Assembly (NCBI RefSeq): GCF_963921235.1 | Contig: NC_086097.1 | Location: 176,888,001-176,952,000, forward strand | DNA length: 64,000 nucleotides | Direction: 5' to 3' | From: Mobula hypostoma | Taxonomy: Eukaryota | Shown: in pieces, positions 25,090 through 35,725 of the stretch | Position numbering within the stretch: the first letter of the stretch is position 1 | How the letters are laid out: each line of letters starts with the position of its first letter | Position numbers and translations under genes: made by a program | Notes under the pieces: generated by a model | Database searches by the model: none | What the model saw: only the letters and a program-made list of their open reading frames with translations | What the model was told of the DNA's origin: nothing

Positions 25090-26235
25090 TGTGGAGGATC
25101 AAAGGATCTTGGGGTCTACATCCATAGATCCTTCAAAGCTTCACTGCAAGTTGGTAGGTTGGTTAAGAAGGTTTATGATGTGTTGGCCTTCATTAGTCAG
25201 GTGATTCAGTTCAAGACCATCAGGTAATGATGCAGGTCGATAACAGTCTGGTTAGACCAGATTTGGAGTATTGTATTCAATTCTGCTTGCCTCATTATAG
25301 GAAGAAGGTGGAAGCTTTAGAGAAGGTGCAAAGGAGATATACCAGAATGCTGCCTGGATTAGAGAACATGTTTTATGAGGAGAGGTTGATCGAGCTAGGT
25401 CTTCTCTCTTTGGAGCGAAGGAGGATGAGAGGTGACGTGATAGAGGTGTACAAGATGATAAGAGGATTAGATCAAGTGGACTGCCAGACACTTTTTTTCC
25501 GGGGTCTGAATGGCTACTAATGTCTATAGATTAACTAAATGTGAGGGCATAATTTTAAGATGATTGGAGGGAAGTATAGGGGGATTGTCAGAGGTAGGTT
25601 TTTTTTTAAAAGAGAGTGGTGAGTGTATGGAATACGCTGCCGGGGGTGATGGTAAAAGCAGATACATTAGGGATGTTTAAGAAACTCTTAGATAGGCACC
25701 TGGATTTTAGAAATATGAAGGGCTATGTGGGAGGGAGGGATTAGATTTACTTTAGAGTAAATTAAAATGTCAGTCCAACAATGTGGTTCAAAAGACCTGT
25801 AATTGCTATATTGTTCAATGTTCTATGTTCACTAGAATTCAGAAGAATGAGAGGGATCTTACAGAAACATATAAAATTATGAAAGCAATAGATAAGATAA
25901 AGGCTAAACAGTTGTGTCTAATGGTAAGTGAGAATAGAACTAGGGGACATCACCTCAAGATTCAAGGGAATAGATTTAGGATGGAGATGAGGAGAAACTG
26001 TTTTTCCCCAGAGAGTAGTGAATCTGTGGAATTTTCTGCCCAGGGAAGCAGTAGACACTACCTCATAAGATATGTTTCAGACAAAGACAGACTTTTGCAT
26101 AGCACGGGAATTAAGGCCTATGTGGAAAAGGTGGGTTGGTGCAGCTGAGTCCAGTAGCCATGATCTTATTGAATGGCGGAGCAAGCTTGACAGGACAAAT
26201 GGCCAACCGCTGCTCCTATCTCTTGTGCGCTTTTA
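25090..26235 (+). mobile_element. Two tandem CR1 3' fragments
   Basis: ORF 25227-25520 has LVRPDLEYCIQF..LEKVQRRYTRMLPGL; TTCTATGTTC tail at ~25825; a second fragment follows. Confidence 0.8.
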
Positions 26236-27404
26236 TGATCACCACATTAGTGTGGAAGGACCCGGTGATGTTGCTGGTAATGTGGACCCAAAGGAACCTG
26301 AAGCTGTCGACAATCCCTACAGCAATTCTGTTTTGAGGACAGCATTTATGGTCACGTCCCTGCTACCTTACATCAACAACCATCTGTTTCATTTGCTGAC
26401 TTTAAGAGTTAAGAGTTAGGTTGTTGTTCTAACAGCGGAACAAAGGATTTGTGATTCCTTTCCTGTACTCTAGCGGGAGAATCAGTTTGACTGTTTACAG
26501 AGTGCTCTCCTCTTGAAAAATTGTATCTCCCATTGCAGAGACGTGTCATGAGCACAGTGACCTTGAATGCCATTGGCTGACTTTCTCAGCCATCTTGACT
26601 ATTTCTTTCTGGTACAGGAAGACTCCCATCTGAATCTCCGCCTCTTCCCAACGATATTCCTTTCTCAAATGCCAGTAAAACAGGCTCAGCAAAGGTCAGA
26701 GATGTATTCACATGTCTTGACTCTCTCCAGTCCTTTGTTATAGACTTCAAGTGGAAAGAGCCAACCCAGACACAACGTGCTACTGTTCTCTTTTCTTTGT
26801 CTTTGTCTCACAAATGTTGAGATCTCTTCATACCTTTGAAACAAGATTTTTTTTTAAAGAGCCACTTAGTGATTATATTCAAAAAGTTCAAGATTTCAAG
26901 TGCTTTGCCAATTGGTTTAGAGCTTGAGGGGCCAGATTAAGACTTGGGACTTTAATACCGCATTCTACACAAGCTTAAATGAGTTGTAAACCTGTCAAGA
27001 TTACAGACAAGTAGATTGATTCATGTGCTGTAGTCTTGCAAATGCAGCTAACAAGCAAGGTGTCCTTGCCATGACCTGGAAACCAGTGGAAAGCAAAGTG
27101 TGGGCTGCAATTGGCGTTCTGCTTTCATCAGCCTAATTGACAGCTGAAAATTAAAGATTCTGACACACATGTGTCCAGTATAATGACACCTTGGGAGGAT
27201 AACCTTAATTGAATTGATAATCTTGGATTAGTTTCTGATAGCTCTGTCTCTAATGAGGCATTGAGCAATAAAACTGCAAAGTTGTATGCTTTACCCCTCA
27301 TAATCAAAAGGGGAATTCCAAAACTACTGCTTAAAATGATTCAAAAAAGGTGGAGGATTTAAAGAAATACAAATCTTCACAAAGTATGTGGAAAGAAACA
27401 GAGA

Positions 27405-29431
27405 GGAATTAAAGGCAGATTGAATAGGAATAAGGAACCTTGGTTCTCAAGAGATATTGCAACTCTGATAAAGAAGAGGGAGTTGTATGAAATGTATAGG
27501 AAACAGGGGGTAAATCAGGTGCTTGAGGAGTATAAGAAGTGCAAGAAAATACTTAAGAAAGAAATCAGGAGGGCTAAAAGAAGACATGAGGTTGCCTTGG
27601 CAGTCAAAGTGAAGGATAATCCAAAGAGCTTTTACAAGTATATTAAGAGCAAAAGGATTGTAAGGGATAAAATTGGTCCTCTTGAAGATCAGAGTGGTCG
27701 GCTTTGTGCGGAACCAAAGGAAATGGGGGAGATCTTAAATAGGTTTTTTGCGTCTGTATTTACTAAGGAAGCTGGCATGAAATCTATGGAATTGAGGGAT
27801 TCAAGTAGTGAGACCATGGAAACTGTACAAATTAAAAAGGAGGTGGTGCTTGCTGTCTTGAGGAAAATTAAAGTGGATAAATCCCCGGGACCTGACAGAG
27901 TGTTCCCTCGGACCCTGAAGGAGACTAGTGTTGAAATTGCAGGGGCCCTGGCAGAAATATTTAAAATGTCGCTGTCTACGGGTGAAGTGCCGGAGGATTG
28001 GAGAGTGGCTCATGTTGTTCCGTTGTTTAAAAAAGGATCGAAAAGTAATCCGGGAAATTATAGGCCGGTGAGTTTAACGTCAGTAGTAGGTAAGTTATTG
28101 GAGGGAGTACTAAGAGACAGAATCTACAAGCATTTGGATAGACAGGGGCTTATTAGGGAGAGTCAACATGGCTTTGTGCGTGGTAGGTCATGTTTGACCA
28201 ATCTGTTGGAGTTTTTCGAGGAGGTTACCAGGAAAGTGGATGAAGGGAAGGCAGTCGATATTGTCTACATGGACTTCAGTAAGGCCTATGACAAGGTCCC
28301 GCATGGGAGGTTAGTTCAGTCGCTAGGTATACATGGAGAGGTGGTAAATTGGATTAGACATTGGCTCGATGGAAGAAGCCAGAGAGTGGTGGTAGAGAAT
28401 TGCTTCTCTGAGTGGAGGCCTGTGACTAGTGGTGTGCCACAGGGATCAGTGCTGGGTCCATTGTTATTTGTCATCTATATCAATGATCTGGATGATAATA
28501 TGGTAAATTGGATCAGCAAGTTTGCTGATGATACGAAGATTGGAGGTGTAGTAGACAGTGAGGAAGGTTTTCAGAGCCTGCAGAGGGATTTGGACAAGCT
28601 GGAAAAATGGGCTGAAAAATGGCAGATGGAGTTTAATACTGACAAGTGTGAGGTATTGCACGTTGGAAGGACAAACCAACGTAGAACATACAGGGTTAAT
28701 GGTAAGGCACTGAGGAGTGCAGTGGAACAGAGGGATCTGGGAATACAGATACAAAATTCCCTGAAAGTGTCGTCACAGGTAGATAGGATCATAAAGAGAG
28801 CTTTTGGTACATTGGCCTTTATTAATCGAAGTATTGAGTATAAGAGCTGGAATGTTATGATGAGGTTGTATAAGGCATTGGTGAGGCCGAATCTGGAGTA
28901 TTGTGTTCAGTTTTGGTCACCAAATTACAAGAAGGATATAAATAAGGTTGAAAGAGTGCAGAGAAGGTTTACAAGGATGTTGCCAGGACTTGAGAAACTC
29001 AGTTACAGAGAAAGGTTGAATAGGTTAGGACTTTATTCCCTGAAGCGTAGAAGAATGAGGGGAGATTTGATAGAGGTATATTATGATGGGTATAGATAGA
29101 GTGAATGCAAGCAGGCTTTTTCCACTGAGACAAGGGGAGAAAAAAACCAGAGGACATGGGTTAAGGGTGAGGGGGTAAAAGTTTAAAGGGAACATTAGGG
29201 GGGGCTTCTTCACACAGAGAGTGGTGGGAGTATGGAATGAGCTGCCAGACGAGGTGGTAAATACGGGTTCTTTTTTAACATTTAAGAATAAATTGGACAG
29301 ATACATGGATGGGAGGTGTATGGAGGGATCTGGTCCGTGTACAGGTCAGTGGGACTAGGCAGAAAATGGTTCGGCACAGCCAAGAAGGGCCAAAGGGCCT
29401 GTTTCTGTGCTGTAGTTTCTATGGTTCTATG
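27405..29431 (+). mobile_element. Young 5'-truncated CR1 LINE
   Basis: Open RT frame, 3' UTR and (TTCTATGG)2 tail; many CpGs retained. Confidence 0.95.
27420..29099 (+). CDS. CR1 ORF2 reverse transcriptase (no APE domain; 5'-truncated; small indel near the C-terminus)
   Basis: KSPGPD, PGNYRPVSLTS, QHGF, YMDFSKAYDKV, GVPQGSVLGPLLF, KFADDTK and LEYCVQFWSP motifs. Confidence 0.92.
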   Translation: MNRNKEPWFSRDIATLIKKRELYEMYRKQGVNQVLEEYKKCKKILKKEIRRAKRRHEVALAVKVKDNPKSFYKYIKSKRIVRDKIGPLEDQSGRLCAEPKEMGEILNRFFASVFTKEAGMKSMELRDSSSETMETVQIKKEVVLAVLRKIKVDKSPGPDRVFPRTLKETSVEIAGALAEIFKMSLSTGEVPEDWRVAHVVPLFKKGSKSNPGNYRPVSLTSVVGKLLEGVLRDRIYKHLDRQGLIRESQHGFVRGRSCLTNLLEFFEEVTRKVDEGKAVDIVYMDFSKAYDKVPHGRLVQSLGIHGEVVNWIRHWLDGRSQRVVVENCFSEWRPVTSGVPQGSVLGPLLFVIYINDLDDNMVNWISKFADDTKIGGVVDSEEGFQSLQRDLDKLEKWAEKWQMEFNTDKCEVLHVGRTNQRRTYRVNGKALRSAVEQRDLGIQIQNSLKVSSQVDRIIKRAFGTLAFINRSIEYKSWNVMMRLYKALVRPNLEYCVQFWSPNYKKDINKVERVQRRFTRMLPGLEKLSYRERLNRLGLYSLKRRRMRGDLIEVYYDGYR

Positions 29432-30554
29432 GGAGAGTCAGGTGCAGTAATGCAGGGTTTTATTGCTAAAAGTTTGACATACAAAGAAAGAAACAGCAGA
29501 ATATCTAGTGTGGTCAGGTGGCATCTGCAGAGAGGGTGCCAGGGTTCACCTTTCATGAGAAAATAGGAGGGAGAGTAGGCCACCCGGCCCCTCAAACCTG
29601 CCCAACATTCAACTTGATCTTGGCTGATCAGACCTGACCTCATTACTTCATCTGTACCAATTCCCCCATTATCCTCAATTTCCCAATCTTTCATTTATCT
29701 CCTTCTTCTTTAAGTGCCTCTATAATCTAGTCTCTACAATCCTCTGGGAGAGAGAATTCCAGGGATTCATCACCCTCTGTGAGAAGAGGATCTCACGTAA
29801 CTCATTTGTAAAGGATCGCCCCTTTATCTGAGACTCTTCCAACAGAGTAAACATTTCAACATTTACCCTGTTCAGGTAGGAACAGAGCCCATCGAGTGGT
29901 GGACTAGGGCTGAATGACCTCCTCCTGCTCTTGTGATGGGATGCAGGCATCTCTGGCAGTGATAGCATTTGATGCCCGGTTTGTTCCCCAAACACTCTTT
30001 GAGAATGTGGTGGAGAGTTACTTTCTAAGAGTCACAGAATCAGAGTTGTACCAGCATAGAAATAAGCCCTTCTGCTCAACTCATCTGAACCAACCAAGGT
30101 AATAGTCCCATTTGCCTGGGTTTCCCCCCATATCCCTTTAAATCTCCTTTGTAAATGTACCCATCCATATGTCTTGTGAACATCTTTACTTTACTAGGCT
30201 CCATTACTGGCAGTTTGTTCCATATCCCCTCTGCATGAAGTTGCTCTTCAGGTCCCTTAAAAGCCTTTCTCCTCTCACCTTAACCTTATGCCTCCTAATT
30301 TTTAGATAGTCTTTACTGGGATAAATATTGTGTGCATTTTCTCTGTCTATGCTTCTCAGGATCATATAATTCCTACCTGGTCACTCCTCAATCTCCTAAA
30401 CTCTAAGAATATGCTATATGTTCTTGAATTGCTGTAGTCCTTCTGGTGAAAGTTCTATTGTGGATGAAGTTCCTAGATTTAGAACCTATGATGATGAATG
30501 AACATCAGCATATTTTGGCATGAAGGTAATATATGTTCCCTTATTAGTAATTGT

Positions 30555-30845
30555 GGGCATGTGGCCAAGTGGTTAAGGCATTGGACTAGCTACCTGAAGG
30601 TCGTGAGTTCGAGCCCCAGCCGAGGGAACGTGTTGTGTCCTTGAGCAAGGCACTTAATCACACACTGGTGCCAAGCTGTATGGGTTCTAATGCACTTCCC
30701 TTGGACAACATTGGTGTCATGGAGAGGGGAGACTTGCAGCATGGGCAACTGCTGGTCTTCCATACAACCTTGCCCAGGCCTGCACCCTGGAGAGTGAAGA
30801 CTTCCCAGGCACAGATCTACGGTCTCGCAAGACTAACGGATGTCT
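30555..30845 (+). mobile_element. tRNA-derived SINE with intact A and B boxes
   Basis: A box TGGCCAAGTGG, B box GTTCGAGCC, then GTGTCCTTGAGCAAGGCACTT core and a distinct body. Confidence 0.85.
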
Positions 30846-30885
30846 GCTTTTTTTATATTAGTAATTATTTTATTATGTCACATTA

Positions 30886-31102
30886 GGGGGCATGGTAGCA
30901 TAGCAGTTAACGTAACACTTTTACTGCACAAGTGACCTGGGTTCCGTTCCACTGCTGTCTGTAAGGAGTTCTCCCTGTGACCACATGGGTTTCCTCCAAA
31001 GATGTACAGGTTAGTAAGTTAATTGGACACATGGGTGTATTGGGCAGCATGGGCTCGTTAGGCCAGAATGTCATGTTACCAAATATAAATAAATAAATAA
31101 AT
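30886..31102 (+). mobile_element. tRNA-derived V-type SINE, decayed
   Basis: tRNA-like head, GTAAGGAGTT..TGGGTTTCCTCC domain and (TAAA)n tail. Confidence 0.7.
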
Positions 31103-32139
31103 AATATTTTTTGCATGCTATCCATTCAGATATTTCAAATCAAAATTATATTTAAATAATACAACCTGAAAAGCAATAACAGAATGCAGAAATGTAGTGT
31201 TATATTTACAGAGCAAGTGTGGACTGCAGGTAGACAATAAAGAGCAAGGCCATAACAAGGTACTTTGTGAGATCAAGAGTCCTTCTTTATCTTACAAGGG
31301 ATCCATTCACACACCTTAAAACAGCAAAATAGAAGCTGTTGTTGGGCGTGGAAGTTTGTGTCTACAAGCTTACATTAGAGAAGTAGATCTTAAGGATCAT
31401 TGTCATGGATGACGGAGTTTGAGAAGCTGAGAGAGGGAATTGCAAAACTAATGGCCTTGACAGCTGGACACTGACTTGACTGTAGTGGAGTCCAGGAAAC
31501 GGGGCTGATTAAAAAGTCAGAACTGAATGAACGCAGGGACCTGGGCAGGGTAGTAAGGCTGGAGATGCTACAGAGATAAAAAAAAGTGTACATCATGAAG
31601 GAAATTGCAAACTATGGTATAAAATAAAAAAATAACATACTTTCACTAGGAACAAACCATGCAAACTTATTTTGTGAGTTATAAGAAGCAATTTCTGATG
31701 TAATTGTCTTGGAAAAGGGGAGGAGAAAGAATAATGAACAAAGCTATATGGATAGTGAGTGTGCGGTTGTGATATCCGGGGTTTCAACAGCAGTGCAATA
31801 TGCGTTGTCATTTCAGCAGGAATTAAAATCCATCTGCAACAGCACTTCATACTGACTTTTTAATAACTTCTCGAAAAACTGATTTCACTCTGATATTTGC
31901 AAGGTAAGATTTGTTACCAGTATTGAATCATTGGATGCTAGAGTCATAGAATTTCAGAGCAATGCAGCACAGACCATCCACCCACTTCAAAAGTACATTA
32001 GATATGCAGTTATACAGTCTGATAAGAACAGACCTTTCTGGTTTCTGCCCCCTTCCTTTCATTTACCGATAAAGTGTCTCGGCCCAAAATATCATCTGCT
32101 TTTTGCTCTCCATAGGTGCTGCCTGACCTGCTGAGTTCA

Positions 32140-33236
32140 CCATTGACCACAGCTCCAACACCATCACACTGAGCACGGGGGCCCCCAAGGGGCTCCACTG
32201 CTGTTCACTCTGCTGACCCACGGCTGTGCAGCAATACACAGCTCGAATCACATCATCAAGTTCGCCGATGACACGAACGTGGCGGGTCTCATCAGCAAGA
32301 ACGATAAGTCAGCATACAGAGAGGAGGTGCAGCGGCTAACGGACTGGTGCAGAGCCAACAACCTGTCTCTGAATGTGAACAAAACAAAAGAGATGGTTGT
32401 TGACTTCAGGAGGGCACGGAATGACCACTCTCCGCTGAACATTGACGGCTCCTCCGTTGAGACCGTTAAGAGCACCAAATTTCTTGGTGTTCACCTGGCA
32501 GAGATTCTCACCTGGTCCCTCAACACCAGCTCCATAGCCAAGAAAGCCCAGCAGCGTCTTTCTGCGAAGGCTGAGAAAAGTCCATCTCCCACCCCCCATC
32601 CTCACCACATTCTACAGAGGTTGTATTGAGAGCATCCTGAGCAGCTGCATCACTGCCTGGTTCGGAAATTGCACCGTCTCAGATCGCAAGATAGTGAGGT
32701 CAGCTGAGAAGATCATTGGGGTCTCTCTTCCTGCTATTACAGACATTTACACCACACGCTACACCTGCAAAGCTAACAGCATTATGAAGGACCCCACGCA
32801 CCCCTCACACAAACTCTTCTCCCTCCTGCCATCTGGCAAAAGGTACTGAAGCATTCGGGCTGTCACGACCAGACTGTGCAACAGTTTCTTCCCCCGAGCC
32901 ATCAGATTCCTCAATACTCAGAGTCTAGAATGATATCTACATCATTAATTGTAATTTGTCCTCTACTGTGCCTATTGTCTTGTTTATTAATTATTGTACT
33001 GCCCTGCACTGTTTTGTGCACTTTATGTAATCCTGAGCAGGTCTGTAGTCTAGTGTAGTTTTTATGTTGTTTTACGTAGTCTAGTGTAGCCCTGTGCTGT
33101 CTTACATAGTCTAGTGTAGTTTTGTGTTGTTTCATGTAGCACCAGGGTCCTGGAGGAACATTGTTTCACTTTTACTGTGTACTGTACCAGCAGCTTATGG
33201 TCGAAATGACAATAAACTTGACTTGACTTGACTTGA
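32140..33236 (+). mobile_element. Rex1-type LINE 3' part
   Basis: TGAPQG, KFADDT and WCRANNLSLNVNKTKEMVVDFRR motifs; AATAAA plus (ACTTG)n tail. Confidence 0.9.
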
Positions 33237-34049
33237 TCTACAAGGAGCACTGCCGAAAGACTGCAGCATCCATCATCAAGGACCCCCGCCACTCAGCCAG
33301 TACTCTCTTCTCGGGAAGGAGGCACAGGAGCATTAGGTCCCACATCAAAAGGTTCAGAAATAGTTATTACCCTTCAACAAGTCAGGTTTCTGAACCAGTG
33401 TGCATAACTTCACTCACCTCCAAACTGAACAGATTCCAATATCTATAGATTCACTTTCAAGGACTCTATAGCTCATGTTCTTTGATTTTTTTATTCATAT
33501 TTATTTGTACAGTTTTGTCTTCTTTTGCACATCGGTTGTTTCTCAGTCTTTGTAGATTTTCATCGATTCTATTGTATTTCTCTGCTCTACGGTGAATGCC
33601 TGCATTAAAACGAATCTCAAGGTAGTATATGGTGACATATACGTAGTTCTATATTTAGATTTACTTAGAACTTTCAACTTTGAGTTCCTCCAGCATTTTG
33701 TGTGTGCTGCTCGAATTTCCAGCATCTGCAGAATCTTCTGTGTCTAAAGAAGCCACCAAAAATGGAAGTGTTTCCATGGTGTTTACACTAGGTGGTAACA
33801 GCTGTAAATCCTTTTCTGTGAAGTGTAGGCTGTGTGTGATCATATGGATAACTGTTCATTGTATAACCCCACCCCGACATCCTCCTCCCACTTCCACTCA
33901 GCTAACAATAGAGGAACTGGGTGCAACTGGAAACCCTGAGTCAGTTGTGTCTATGACACACAATAAAACATTGAAATTCAGAATCTAAAACGTTAATATT
34001 ATCTGTAACTAAGGAAGATTTTTTTTCCCCGCTGTTTGACTCGATAGGA

Positions 34050-34665
34050 CATGGAAGAGTGAAACAAAGAAACAGGCCCTTCTGCCTACGGTGTTATGCC
34101 TAACTAATTAAACTAGTAATTAAGTGCCAAACTAATCTGTTCTGCACTTGCAAGGTATTGTCCATATCCCTTCATTCTCCGCACCTTCATGTGCCTGTCC
34201 AAGAGTCTCATGAACACCTCTATCATGTTTGCCCCCACTACACCCAGGCAACAAATTCTAGACATCCATAACTCTCTACGTAAAAAACTTGTCATGCACG
34301 TCTCTTCGAACTTACACCCTTCTAATCTTAAGAGCATGCCCTCTAGCATTAGACACTTCAACTCTGGGGATACCGGCTGTCTATCTATGCCTTTCATAAT
34401 GTTATAAACCTCTATCAGATCTCCCCTCAGCCTCTGTCGCTCCAAAGAAAACAACTCATTTTTGGCCAACCCCTCCTTTTATTGCATACCCTCTAATCTA
34501 GGTACCATCCTAGTAAATCTCATCAGCACCCTCACCAGATCGTCCACATCCTTCCTATAGTGGAGGCAACCAGAGCTGAATGCTGGCTGAATGCAATATA
34601 ACAGATTCAGCCAAACCAGAGATTTATAAAGCTGCACCATAACCTGCTGAGTCTTGGCCTTCACT
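34050..34665 (-). mobile_element. CR1 3' fragment
   Basis: ORFs 34113-34469 and 34479-34664 (FSLERQRLRGDLIEVY). Confidence 0.8.
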
Positions 34666-34845
34666 GAAGATTAAAGATCTTAAAAAGATTAGCTTTTGTA
34701 CATCAAATCATCGACACATACAGTGAAATGCATTGTTTGCATCGACATCCAAAACAGTCCAAGATGTGTTGGAGCAGCTCGCAAGTGAGGCCATCCTTTC
34801 TGCAACAATAGTTGCAGAAGGGTCACAGGGTCACAGGGTCGCAAT

Positions 34846-35148
34846 AGGGTCACAGTTTGAGGATAAAGGGGAAGCCTTTTAGGACCGAGATTAGGAAAAA
34901 CTTCTTCACACAGAGAGTGGTGAATCTGTGGAATTCTCTGCCACAGGAAACAGTTGAGGCCAGTTCATTGGCTATATTTAAGAGGGAGTTAGATATGGCC
35001 CTTGTCGCTAAAGGGATCAGGGGGTATGGAGGGAAGGCTGGTGCAGGGTTCTGAGTTGGATGATCAGCCATCATCATACTGAATGGCGGTGCAGGCTCAA
35101 AGGGCCGAATGGCCTACTCCTGCACCTATTTTCTATGTTTCTATGTTT
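34846..35148 (+). mobile_element. Young CR1 3' end inserted in a SINE, with a complex 5' junction
   Basis: FRTEIRKNFFTQRVVNLWNSLP; (TTCTATGT)2 tail. Confidence 0.85.
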
Positions 35149-35237
35149 AATATAGCCTACAACTTATTAACCTGTCTGTCTTTGGAATGCAGGAGGTATC
35201 GGAGCACGTGGAGGAAACCCATACTGTCACGGGGAAA

Positions 35238-35725
35238 ACGTAGAGTCATTGAAATCTACAGCATATTACAGGCCCGTTGGCCCACAATGTTGTGCCGACC
35301 ATGTAAGCTACTCTAGAAACTGCCAAGAATTTCCCTACCGCATAGCTTTCTATTTTTCTAAGCTCCATGTACCTATCTAAGAGGCTCTTAAAAGATCCTA
35401 CTGTATCCACCTCTTCCACCATCACTGGCAGTGCATTCCACACACCCACCACTCTGTGTAAAAAACTTACCCCTGACATCCCCCCTGTACCTACTTCCAA
35501 GCACCTTAAAACTATGCCCCTTCATATTAGACATTTCAGCCCTAGGAGAAAGCTTCTGGCTACCTACACGATCAATTCCTCTCCCCTCATCATCTTATAC
35601 ACTTCTATCAGGTCACCTCTCATCCTCTGTCACTCCAAGGAGAAAAGGCCAAGTTCACTCAACTTATTCTCATAAGGCATGTTCTCCAATGCAGGCAACA
35701 TCCTTGTAAATCTCCACTGCACTCC
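35238..35725 (-). mobile_element. CR1 3' fragment
   Basis: Reverse complement of the CR1 end seen at ~44540-45017. Confidence 0.8.

Noticed and set aside
30555..30630. tRNA gene
   Set aside because: No closed acceptor stem or terminator, and it continues into a SINE body
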